The notes under the pieces are model-generated. The model saw only the letters and a program-made list of their open reading frames with translations, made no database searches and had not been told where the DNA came from. Shown here one piece after another: positions 55,642-64,000 of a stretch of 64,000 nucleotides of DNA. The position numbers and the translations under genes are program-made. The stretch lies in the sequence record MT811961.1. One strand, given 5' to 3'. The stretch's first letter is position 1. Every line of letters begins with the position of its first letter.

Positions 55642-56370
55642 ATGTGTGAAATTCTTCCATACACATACGAAGACCATTCATCTATTTCCCTCTTCTTTCA
55701 TCGCGCAGGTCTACGCACCGAGAAAGAACGTGCCGAATACATCCCCACTCAGATTGCCTGTTTCTTTGAAGAGGTAAAAGAAACACTAACTACTATGGAC
55801 AAGTTCTTCCATAGAAAAGAAAAACTAGATCGCGAGCAACTAGCTGATGACCTGGGTGACGTATTGTTTTCTGGCATGGGTTTGGTCTACATGCTTTATG
55901 GTGACGTGATCGATGCCGACTTCTATGAGTATCTAAATGAATACGCATGTTTACTCAACAGCCAGAAACGCGAAGCTGATGAACTTACCTTCATCATGAA
56001 GAACGAGATGCTGAATATTAAAGCTGCACAGATGCACTTTAAACGCGGCATTAACAAAAAGTCCATAGATGGCGCTGTACAGCGCATTATTGCTGCGGCC
56101 ACCTTGCTGGGCAGATTATACGATATCGACGTTCCTGATGCGTTTGACGTCGTTATAGAGTCTAATGCGTCCAAGTTTGACGACAATGAAAAAGATGCGG
56201 GTCTAACCGTAGCGAAATACCGCGAACTGGGCATTAACGTAAAACAAGCATGTGTCGATGGCGCTTGGGTAACTCGCGTAGATGGAACTCAGAAACTAGA
56301 TGACAAAGAATGGCCTGATGAAAAGATCATCAAGTCTCACTTATGGCGTGAACCAGTATTCGGTTATTAG
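55642..56370 (+). CDS. MazG-like/all-alpha NTP pyrophosphohydrolase
   Basis: FEEVKE...LADDLGDVLF, then DAFDVVIESNASKF. Confidence 0.7.
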   Translation: MCEILPYTYEDHSSISLFFHRAGLRTEKERAEYIPTQIACFFEEVKETLTTMDKFFHRKEKLDREQLADDLGDVLFSGMGLVYMLYGDVIDADFYEYLNEYACLLNSQKREADELTFIMKNEMLNIKAAQMHFKRGINKKSIDGAVQRIIAAATLLGRLYDIDVPDAFDVVIESNASKFDDNEKDAGLTVAKYRELGINVKQACVDGAWVTRVDGTQKLDDKEWPDEKIIKSHLWREPVFGY

Positions 56371-56406
56371 CGACAGGTCCCAGAAATACTTTAGGAGGTT
56401 ATACCA

Positions 56407-57003
56407 ATGGACCAAAGAAAACCACAGATTCGCAACATGCGAAGCAGAAGTAGAGCCACTAAAAATAATTCTGGGATTGTTATTCGTGGCGGTGACAAAA
56501 AGGTCGTTCATGAACAACGCAAGTATATTGTTCCTGACGTCAAGGTCGAACCAGCAAAAGAAAAGATGCCAGAGATACCGACGCCACCCCCAGGTGCTCT
56601 CTTCGGTATGTTGGGTTTGGAGAAGATGCCCAACGAAACCATCTTACATGGACTAGAGAATGCACTTGAGCAATACAAGCGAGCAGCACCTCTAGCGAAT
56701 ATGAATCCTCCATTTCTAGTTCGCATTGAAAACGGAACGAATCATGCTCGCCCTTATGGTGCCGTGGTCGGTAAGTTCTTTAGTCCTCGTGGAACTTGGT
56801 TCTATCGAATCATTCGTTTAGGTCCTATGGATCCAAAGATGATCGGCAAGACCGGAGTCCACACAGTTGAACTCGACGCCACAAACATCTCTCCGATTCC
56901 ATGGGACGAAGCTCCTGAAGGAACAAAAGAATTACTCGAGGCTATCAAGGCCATCGATATGAAAGTCAATGCCATTCCCAAAGATGGCGAACCAGTAAAA
57001 TAA
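56407..57003 (+). CDS. Hypothetical protein
   Basis: GGAGG RBS, 198 aa. Confidence 0.7.
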   Translation: MDQRKPQIRNMRSRSRATKNNSGIVIRGGDKKVVHEQRKYIVPDVKVEPAKEKMPEIPTPPPGALFGMLGLEKMPNETILHGLENALEQYKRAAPLANMNPPFLVRIENGTNHARPYGAVVGKFFSPRGTWFYRIIRLGPMDPKMIGKTGVHTVELDATNISPIPWDEAPEGTKELLEAIKAIDMKVNAIPKDGEPVK

Positions 57004-57012
57004 GGATTAACT

Positions 57013-57531
57013 ATGTTGCTTTCTAAACGTGCTGGTGATCTAGCAAATCTACCAAATGCTTGGATTATTGAAGGCACTAACAATGTTTATCTGGAATGCG
57101 TAAAGGTCATTGACTGGCCTTTCCCTGCTGCCGACAAGCGTACGGGTGCTCCGGTCATGCGCAGAGGCATTATTGCTAAAGTCCTAGTAAACGAAGCTCA
57201 GGAGATTCGCATCTACCCTGTAGAAACCGAACTTGATCTTTACAATGCACCGATGGTGGGTCTTGCAGCTTCTGAATGGAATCCTAACTTTCCTGTTGAT
57301 CGGGAATGGTTGGATTTCAAAGGAGCAGTGGTCTTTGAAAAAGACAAACCTTTCGTATGTTATGTTGGAGAAACCACAGAAACCCTTTCCAACATCTTGG
57401 CTGACGCATACTTTGATGAAGACGAAACGATTCAAACACTCGGTCAGTTCAAAGCACAATCAGGCTATCAAAAGATGGCTAACTTGTTTCAAATCATTCA
57501 TAAACGTGGACTTGTAATCCACGCCGTTTAA
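57013..57531 (+). CDS. Hypothetical protein
   Basis: AAGGA RBS, 172 aa. Confidence 0.7.
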   Translation: MLLSKRAGDLANLPNAWIIEGTNNVYLECVKVIDWPFPAADKRTGAPVMRRGIIAKVLVNEAQEIRIYPVETELDLYNAPMVGLAASEWNPNFPVDREWLDFKGAVVFEKDKPFVCYVGETTETLSNILADAYFDEDETIQTLGQFKAQSGYQKMANLFQIIHKRGLVIHAV

Positions 57532-57547
57532 ACAATAGGAATATCTC

Positions 57548-58366
57548 ATGTCTATTATCATTTCAGAAAAGACTCTTAACCTTGCTGGCGTAGAATCAGA
57601 AAACGTACGTCTACTTGTTACTCAAGGTATCATCCCATGTCCTAAAGAAGACTTTATGGGCGTCTCAGTAGAAGACGAAAACATGCGCAACGTTCATACC
57701 TTTGAATACAACGAAGATGACAGCATCAAAGCATGGTACTACGGCAACCTTCGTTTAGAAGTTGTTTCTGACGATGCGAATGGCATTGTAACCAAAACAG
57801 AAATGACTGGCGTAGTTCGCAACGACTACTTTACCGCATCTGGTGCACTTTACAAAACAACTATCACTGACAACCACGGCAACGAAATGATTCAGACCGA
57901 AGTTGAATTCAATGAAGCTGGCGTTGTAACAAAAGAAACAATGGGTTCGGTTAAAGTAGAACGACGTGAAGTAGAAGACGGTGAAGAGTTTGATCCTGTT
58001 CTTGTTCAACAAGGTCTTTCTTCTGAAACTTATGTTATCGGCGACGATGGTCGTCCTGCACGCCGCCTTGACTCTGACAATAACGTAATCGAGTCGTACA
58101 CTTATGACGAAGCTGGTCTATTGGTTAAGTCTGAAACTGACTACCATGAAACTACATTCTCTTACGATGAATACGGCAACGTGAAAGAAATCATCAAAGA
58201 ACTTAAAGTAGAACGTGGCCAAGATACCCAAGCAGACGTAACAGAAGTAATGACTCGTTACTTCCCTGATGTACCTGGACGTATCCGTGACATCAGCATT
58301 GCTGGTCGCATCATCTTTGATGCAGAAGGCTACTGGGCAATGAAACGTTTCCTACCAGAAGCATAA
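57548..58366 (+). CDS. Acidic YD/RHS-like repeat protein
   Basis: FEYNEDD, EFNEAG, YTYDEAGLLV, FSYDEYGNV repeats; N-terminal QGIIPCP motif. Confidence 0.65.
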   Translation: MSIIISEKTLNLAGVESENVRLLVTQGIIPCPKEDFMGVSVEDENMRNVHTFEYNEDDSIKAWYYGNLRLEVVSDDANGIVTKTEMTGVVRNDYFTASGALYKTTITDNHGNEMIQTEVEFNEAGVVTKETMGSVKVERREVEDGEEFDPVLVQQGLSSETYVIGDDGRPARRLDSDNNVIESYTYDEAGLLVKSETDYHETTFSYDEYGNVKEIIKELKVERGQDTQADVTEVMTRYFPDVPGRIRDISIAGRIIFDAEGYWAMKRFLPEA

Positions 58367-58372
58367 TACTAA

Positions 58373-58418
58373 CCTCCTACCCTTCGGGGTAGGAGGATTA
58401 GCATTTCTTTTTTTTTCT
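58373..58418 (+). terminator. Rho-independent terminator (UUCG loop), between convergent genes
   Basis: CCTCCTACCC-ttcg-GGGTAGGAGG plus long T run. Confidence 0.85.
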
Positions 58419-58832
58419 TCATACAAGCGGCTTAAGATATTCGATATCTTCGCCTTCTTCACTTTCAGCGGCTGCATCGAAAAGATGTTGGTAAAACCAG
58501 TCTTCTGCATACGGGTCCAACTCTAGTACAGCTTGTAGTGCGTGAATTACTTCTACTGACATGTAGTCTTGTCCAACAAAGGACGTATCCACATCAGCAA
58601 AGTTAAAGTCACTATCTATGTATTGTTGTATTAAGTCAATGAGAACTGTAACTGCCTTAGTAGGATTGCTACGGACACGCAACTGTGCCATCACACATCC
58701 CAAAGTATAGTTAATATTCCCTAGCCATTCTAATCCAATTTCTTGATTACCTTCTTGAGCATAGAAAGCTGCCACTTCTAGACCTTTGTCGGTATCTTGA
58801 AATATGTTAGTATATATGATCGTTGTTAGCAT
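58419..58832 (-). CDS. Acidic hypothetical protein
   Basis: 137 aa, AGAGG RBS. Confidence 0.7.
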   Translation of the reverse strand: MLTTIIYTNIFQDTDKGLEVAAFYAQEGNQEIGLEWLGNINYTLGCVMAQLRVRSNPTKAVTVLIDLIQQYIDSDFNFADVDTSFVGQDYMSVEVIHALQAVLELDPYAEDWFYQHLFDAAAESEEGEDIEYLKPLV

Positions 58833-58934
58833 AGTGTGTCCTCTATACCATATGTGAATTAGGAGCAGTGTACTCCAAAATATTCGTCATAAACCCTGTG
58901 ACATGTGTTTGTCCTTTCATCCGTACCATTTGTC

Positions 58935-58974
58935 AAAAGAAAGAAAAAGATTGCTCCTGGCTTTCGCCAGGAGC
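58935..58974 (-). terminator. Rho-independent terminator of the tail module
   Basis: GCTCCTGGC-gaaa-GCCAGGAGC plus tctttttctttc on the minus strand. Confidence 0.8.
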
Positions 58975-58987
58975 TCTCTCGTTTACA

Positions 58988-59419
58988 TTAAGTGCGTACG
59001 TAAGTAGCAGTCATGAGGTAAAGATCATATGGTGTACACAAACGTGCTTGCGGTACGATTACGCCTGTTGCTGCTTCAAATACACAACGACCCAGTTCAC
59101 TACAGAAATAAGCCTTGTCGTCTTGAAGCTTAAAGCCGAAGAAGAAACCAACAATAGCCAGGTAGTCATAATGCGAACCATAAATGCGTTCAGCTTCTGC
59201 TCGTGCTAGAAGGTATTTGTCTTCTGGTACTTCGATTGTTACAGAGTACTTTGGCTTGTGACCTAATCGAACATTATGAATGCGGATATTGCCTTTCAGC
59301 ATATCTGACTCATAAAACGTTCCATCTTCGAACTCAACACCAACATGAGCTACCGGAGTACCGAAGCGCATAGAAATCAGTTTGCTAGTTGCGAAGTAAT
59401 GGAAGGTGATCTTTTTCAT
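58988..59419 (-). CDS. Permuted papain-like amidase (YiiX/YebB-type)
   Basis: AHVGV early His, YDY, late FCSEL Cys. Confidence 0.8.
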   Translation of the reverse strand: MKKITFHYFATSKLISMRFGTPVAHVGVEFEDGTFYESDMLKGNIRIHNVRLGHKPKYSVTIEVPEDKYLLARAEAERIYGSHYDYLAIVGFFFGFKLQDDKAYFCSELGRCVFEAATGVIVPQARLCTPYDLYLMTATYVRT

Positions 59420-59428
59420 GGGGTCTCC

Positions 59429-60427
59429 TTAAAGTACCGCGTAGTACTTAACTTTAATATCGCCACCTTTCGATGACTTAGAAATAAGAGCCAGAGACGA
59501 ACCAGAGGAAACCGCATCCAATTCAAGATAGCGTTTGCCCTCAGTATTACAGTAACCCATCTCTCTTAGCTGAGGGACAATGCCCGGAGCCGAAGAGACA
59601 ATAAAGTCAACTGATTCAATATGCGTACCTGTGTTTAAACTCACGATACCGCGCAGAGTACTAACCTCTGTAACATTGTGAGTCGAAAGCGTAACAGTTG
59701 CATTAGCTTCCACAGTAACGACATCGTCTTCTGTTCTTACATAATTGGCCAGAAGATCAGTAAGTTGGTCAACTCGATCTCGGTTGTCCGTTCCTGTTTC
59801 TGCTGACACAATATTAAGTCGATTGTAAAGTCGACCTACCAAACCCAATAGTCGATCGATCTGTTGCTGGTAATGCATACCAGACTGATGCATCGGCACA
59901 CGAGTTACCAAAGCATTAAATACATCGTCAAACTTTTGAGATAGTTTGTACAGATCTTCCATGTCTTGTAGTACATGTTTGTGAGGACCTGTGTTGTAAA
60001 AATGAGGTTTGTTCTTAACATGCAAGTTAAAGTCAAACTCTGGATGCAGAGCTGCCTTTTCAATTGCTTGCTTGATCTCACTGATAAAAGAAATAGGAGA
60101 ACCTTCTGGACCACCTACTAACTGACAAGTTACTTCATACTTTTCAGCGGAGTTCTTATCAAGAAAGTCAATAGCTGCATATGGATCTAAACCTGTTTCT
60201 TCAGATACCCATTTTTCCCAGCCTACAAACTTGTAGTCTTTGTCCAGCGCCATTAGCTCGTTGTCGGACGTACGTCTAACTTCGACTGTACTTGCATAGA
60301 AAAGACCATAAGGACATACTTGAGGAAGATGGTTAATACCCATCAGCGAAACTTCAAAGCGTTGGAAGTTTGACAGCAACAAACCACTTGGGTCATAGGC
60401 CGCACGATACGGAGTAGTAACAGACAT
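59429..60427 (-). CDS. phiKZ-like virion structural protein
   Basis: YDPSG...PYGLFY...EETG N-terminal pattern typical of jumbo-phage virion proteins; TAATG coupling at 60427. Confidence 0.55.
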   Translation of the reverse strand: MSVTTPYRAAYDPSGLLLSNFQRFEVSLMGINHLPQVCPYGLFYASTVEVRRTSDNELMALDKDYKFVGWEKWVSEETGLDPYAAIDFLDKNSAEKYEVTCQLVGGPEGSPISFISEIKQAIEKAALHPEFDFNLHVKNKPHFYNTGPHKHVLQDMEDLYKLSQKFDDVFNALVTRVPMHQSGMHYQQQIDRLLGLVGRLYNRLNIVSAETGTDNRDRVDQLTDLLANYVRTEDDVVTVEANATVTLSTHNVTEVSTLRGIVSLNTGTHIESVDFIVSSAPGIVPQLREMGYCNTEGKRYLELDAVSSGSSLALISKSSKGGDIKVKYYAVL

Positions 60428-61074
60428 TATTTTTCTCCCAACCAAGTATCAATAAGTTCGTCAAGCTCGAGGCACGCTGTACGCATCGGACCAACAATAC
60501 TAGATCGCAATGCTTGGAACGCACCCTTCAGTACAATCGACTTACTGCGAATGTATTTAACGCGCTGTTCTTCATAAAGCGCTGCGGCTTCATCGTCGGC
60601 TTTTGCAACAAAGGCATCGCCATAAACATGGATGTCGATCTGTTGTGTCTCGAGCAGTTGAGTCAAGGCATAGACATCATAGTTAAGTGGGATCTTTGCA
60701 GCAGGTAGTTTTTCACCCATACAGTTAATGAAGATGTCTTTGTAACGAATACCTTCTGCTTCCAACAGATGAAACTGTTTGATGCGTTCACGCAGGTGTA
60801 GCTCTGCTTCTTCTAGCGGATAGTCATCCACCTCGTAGCAACGAACAACTTCTCGTGCTTCTTCGTCAGGAGTAATTGACACAACACGCAAGCGCTGCAT
60901 TGGAAGTACATCTGGCTTTTGATCGACTAAACGATAAAGCTGATGTTCTGCCAGTTCTTCATTTGATGGTTCGTCCGGCATCTCTACAAAGTTAGCCGTG
61001 TTTGGAATGTTTACTTCTTTTGGGTTGATGAATTGAATTCCTTCACCCGCCATGCATAGTCTTACTAATTGCAT
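60427..61074 (-). CDS. Putative tail-fibre assembly/associated protein
   Basis: Directly downstream of the fibre gene; AAGGA RBS. Confidence 0.45.
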   Translation of the reverse strand: MQLVRLCMAGEGIQFINPKEVNIPNTANFVEMPDEPSNEELAEHQLYRLVDQKPDVLPMQRLRVVSITPDEEAREVVRCYEVDDYPLEEAELHLRERIKQFHLLEAEGIRYKDIFINCMGEKLPAAKIPLNYDVYALTQLLETQQIDIHVYGDAFVAKADDEAAALYEEQRVKYIRSKSIVLKGAFQALRSSIVGPMRTACLELDELIDTWLGEK

Positions 61075-61112
61075 TTTAATTCCTTATAAGAAAGGGGCCG
61101 AGGCCCCTAGTC

Positions 61113-63992
61113 TTAGTTACGTGGAGTCGGTGCGTAGATGTATGGACCATCGCCCAGTACTACCGCAAAGTAATACAGAGCAGGAGAGCCCATGTTGTCA
61201 TCGCCTGGATAGAACGAGGTTTCGTTAGCTCCCGCTGTTGTGATAACACCCCCAGAATAACGAGCCAGAGACTTATGTGCAACATCCACATAGCCAGTAC
61301 CACCAGCGATCGTATGTCCTACAGACCAAGCCTGTGAAGACGATGCACTGATTGTGTTGTGGCTCATTGGGTTTTGCGCAATTGCCAACCATTTACCAGA
61401 GTTAGCATCATCTGGACCTGTTGTTGCCAAGAACGTCATACGTGGGCTTGTATCCAAACTCAACATTTCGTTGTGTCCGTTATGAGACAAGTCTTTTACA
61501 CGTACGTTTAACAGCCCTGGGATTTCAGCAAAGAAGATAAAGGTAGTCTTTTCTCCTGCACCATTCCAGTTCGGTGCTGTTGTTTGACCTACATCATTCA
61601 GCGTCCAGCGTCCATCTTTACTTGCCTTCATTTCCATAGGAACTTGGATTTCCCAGCCCTGTTGAACATAGCCAGTATTCTTATCGGCACGGATAAAGAA
61701 ATGACGATCTTCACCTTCTGAATAGAAACACCAGTACGGATGTTTGCCTGCTGTATGTGGCAGAATCAAACAGGCACTTGCTCGCTTACCTAGCGTCATG
61801 TTAAATTCACGTCTACCTGGAACACCAGAACCAACGATCGTTTCTACATGAACACCTCGACAGGCTTCACCGCCGATAGCTGCCACAGAAGCGTCTGTAG
61901 TCGTCGTAGCCCAACGGTTGGTGTTAAACCGAACCATCGTACCCAAATCCTCTACTACCTTACCGGAGCGCTTAATGGCACCCCCAGGTCGGTCTAGACA
62001 AAGTGTCAAATCCCATCCAGTATCTTCTGTTAAAACATAAGAACCATTTGAAGAAATGATAAATGCCACCGTGGGATCAGCAATGTGTGTCATCGTGATG
62101 TTTGTGCCCGTACTGAAGTTATTATTCGTACGTGTCGATACAAAACGAGAAGACAAGTTGTTGTACGGATAGGTACCTGCTAGCGTTGGGCCACAGACTG
62201 CCTGAGAGCCAGCTGGTTGATGCTTAAATGGCACTTGACCAAAGTTAATCACCATCTCTCCCTGAGCACTGGAGTTCTGACGACGCATCATACCACGAAT
62301 ACGCATCTCGTGTTGAGGCATGTTCATGTAGTTTACTCGGCTACCATTGTAGTATACCGAGATGACCTTACCGTCATAATCAAACAAAAAGCCAACGGTC
62401 ATGTCACGTGGTATTGACCCGGCAATTCCTCCGTCTACTTCTTTGTAACCAGTAGTCGGCCAGTAACGATTACTATTTCGAATCACACCGATTTCTTGGC
62501 CAGAGTTAGGACCTTCAATATAGAAAGCACAATCCGTATACATGGAGAATGCCGTCGTGTTATTCGTCTCGCACTCTACATATAACTTGCCTTTTGTCTT
62601 GCGTTCTAACCCAGGGATAACAGAAGGAGTAGCAAACGTTGCTTGGTTTTGCCATGACAGCAAAGTACCTAGCTTAAACTTCGTACCGCCATTCTGAAGC
62701 ATCAAGTTTTGCTGAACGGTTTCCAAGTCATTCGGCTGAAGACTTAGTCCGACAGACAACTGCGCCTTTGGATAGAAGTGACGATTGTCATTGAAGTTAA
62801 ACGGATGTTCGTTTTGTTTCCAACGAGGGTCTACAGTAAAGCCTTTCATTGGGTTAACAAACGACTCACCTTCGCCAATCAACAACACATAGTCCTCACC
62901 ACCACGCCCAAACGCACTACTACCAAACGTACGTCCATTTTCTGGTACCCAGTCAAAATGATAGCGCTTGCCCATAAAGGTATCGATACGAGTACCTTCG
63001 TATGGATTATGCAACCATCTACGTTCGGTGCCTCCCTGGAAGATATTACTATTCCAGTTTATCGGAGTTGCCGTTACCTGAGAACGACCACCATCATCAC
63101 TAAAGGCCTGTACTACCGGATGGGCATTGAACTGTCCTGTTCGTGAAGGGAAGCGAGGCCAGCCGATTTTGTACGGCTGTGTAGTAGGGAACATGTGCGT
63201 AGATGAAAACGCCTCTAGCTCAGGATACCACTTCATGATCATTACCGGCTGCTCAATGGCATTCGTGTTCATGTATGAAAGCTCATCGGCATCTGGTGAT
63301 GACGTACCCATTGCATGCCAGTACCATTCACCATCCATTTGGAATGGTTTGTCTGCTAGCTGTACACAGTGGAAGTATGGGTTTTGATTTGACGTGTTAA
63401 AAGTACGTGTTGTGTCATTCCAACGATAAACAATACAATACCCACGCTTCGAATCGATAAAGCTGTTTGGTGCAGCAAAAGCAAAAACATAGGAGTTTTT
63501 ACCGTCACTAAAACAACGACAAGAAACAAACTTTTCAAGATTACCAAAACCTACCGCACTACCAGAAGGCAACGATGTAACTTTAGGCTGTGCAGAAACT
63601 GCACCCATGTCAATCTCAGAGTACAACTGTAGATAGCCGTCTTCAGTAACAATAGCAGCAATCGAGTCACGACTACTGTGATGTGTTTGACAGATATCAA
63701 AGTCACGGATCTTTGAACTGCGTTTGTTTTCTAGACCACCATAGCCCCAAGTACGAACGGCTCCAGAAGCCAGTACGAAACGCACCTGAGCATTCCATCG
63801 GTCAGTGGTACGGTCAAAAGCAACCGCCAACAAGTTAGTGTCATCATCTACTGCACGAATGCGACATGGGATTGCCTTGATAACTTCACCTCGAGTTGCG
63901 GTATCTAGCTCTACCCAGTCTTGAGGTGCCAGTGTACTAGGATCTATTTTAGATACTGCACATGTACCATTACGACCGCTGTAGTTAGACAT
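61113..63992 (-). CDS. Tail fibre/receptor-binding-like protein with a SPRY (B30.2) domain
   Basis: KLYVECE...VGFLFDYDGKVISVYYNG...INFGQVPF (about 62215-62600); aromatic- and Gly-rich beta domains elsewhere. Confidence 0.65.
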   Translation of the reverse strand: MSNYSGRNGTCAVSKIDPSTLAPQDWVELDTATRGEVIKAIPCRIRAVDDDTNLLAVAFDRTTDRWNAQVRFVLASGAVRTWGYGGLENKRSSKIRDFDICQTHHSSRDSIAAIVTEDGYLQLYSEIDMGAVSAQPKVTSLPSGSAVGFGNLEKFVSCRCFSDGKNSYVFAFAAPNSFIDSKRGYCIVYRWNDTTRTFNTSNQNPYFHCVQLADKPFQMDGEWYWHAMGTSSPDADELSYMNTNAIEQPVMIMKWYPELEAFSSTHMFPTTQPYKIGWPRFPSRTGQFNAHPVVQAFSDDGGRSQVTATPINWNSNIFQGGTERRWLHNPYEGTRIDTFMGKRYHFDWVPENGRTFGSSAFGRGGEDYVLLIGEGESFVNPMKGFTVDPRWKQNEHPFNFNDNRHFYPKAQLSVGLSLQPNDLETVQQNLMLQNGGTKFKLGTLLSWQNQATFATPSVIPGLERKTKGKLYVECETNNTTAFSMYTDCAFYIEGPNSGQEIGVIRNSNRYWPTTGYKEVDGGIAGSIPRDMTVGFLFDYDGKVISVYYNGSRVNYMNMPQHEMRIRGMMRRQNSSAQGEMVINFGQVPFKHQPAGSQAVCGPTLAGTYPYNNLSSRFVSTRTNNNFSTGTNITMTHIADPTVAFIISSNGSYVLTEDTGWDLTLCLDRPGGAIKRSGKVVEDLGTMVRFNTNRWATTTTDASVAAIGGEACRGVHVETIVGSGVPGRREFNMTLGKRASACLILPHTAGKHPYWCFYSEGEDRHFFIRADKNTGYVQQGWEIQVPMEMKASKDGRWTLNDVGQTTAPNWNGAGEKTTFIFFAEIPGLLNVRVKDLSHNGHNEMLSLDTSPRMTFLATTGPDDANSGKWLAIAQNPMSHNTISASSSQAWSVGHTIAGGTGYVDVAHKSLARYSGGVITTAGANETSFYPGDDNMGSPALYYFAVVLGDGPYIYAPTPRN

Positions 63993-64000
63993 AAAGACAT

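Noticed and set aside
58840-59209. Promoter-like CTCTATACCATATGTGAAT plus AGGAG and a 113-aa + strand ORF
   Set aside because: Spacing is 2 nt shorter than the early consensus, the TATATTAC core is broken, and the ORF is antisense to the conserved amidase and crosses its terminator

Overview
64 kb segment of a phiKZ-like (nucleus-forming type) jumbo myophage genome, with about 83 tightly packed ORFs, mostly on the + strand. The host is probably in the Vibrionaceae, inferred from the Vibrio/Pasteurella-type ThyA. The phiKZ-like call rests on nine copies of the early-promoter core TATAT(T/A)AC and a tandem array of phiKZ-type internal head proteins. Recognisable genes: NAD-dependent DNA ligase, class Ia ribonucleotide reductase (nrdA and nrdB, separated by two unknown ORFs), thymidylate kinase, thymidylate synthase, NADAR, HAD phosphatase, oligoribonuclease-like DEDDh exonuclease, MazG-like NTP pyrophosphatase, a BCS1-like membrane AAA+ ATPase, a coiled-coil-PIN protein, a DUF285/BspA-repeat adhesin, and minus-strand tail modules at both ends (SPRY-domain fibre, permuted papain-like amidase). 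I found no tRNA, CRISPR array, transposase, intron or intein. The most interesting observations are: (1) in the 36.3-46.9 kb early accessory region, a family of non-terminator intergenic stem-loops with a conserved CA/GA internal loop about 9-10 bp from a tetraloop, a 49-bp exact direct repeat bracketing one ORF, and stereotyped translation leaders, suggesting an RNA-processing or gene-cassette shuffling system; (2) a translationally coupled pair of proteasome/HslV-like Ntn-fold genes, one with and one without the catalytic N-terminal Thr; (3) an unannotated 42-aa hyper-acidic peptide directly behind an early promoter, a DNA-mimic/anti-defence candidate; (4) an in-frame fusion of two internal head protein genes that retains an internal ribosome-binding site. 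All functional calls are motif-based by eye; no database search was run.
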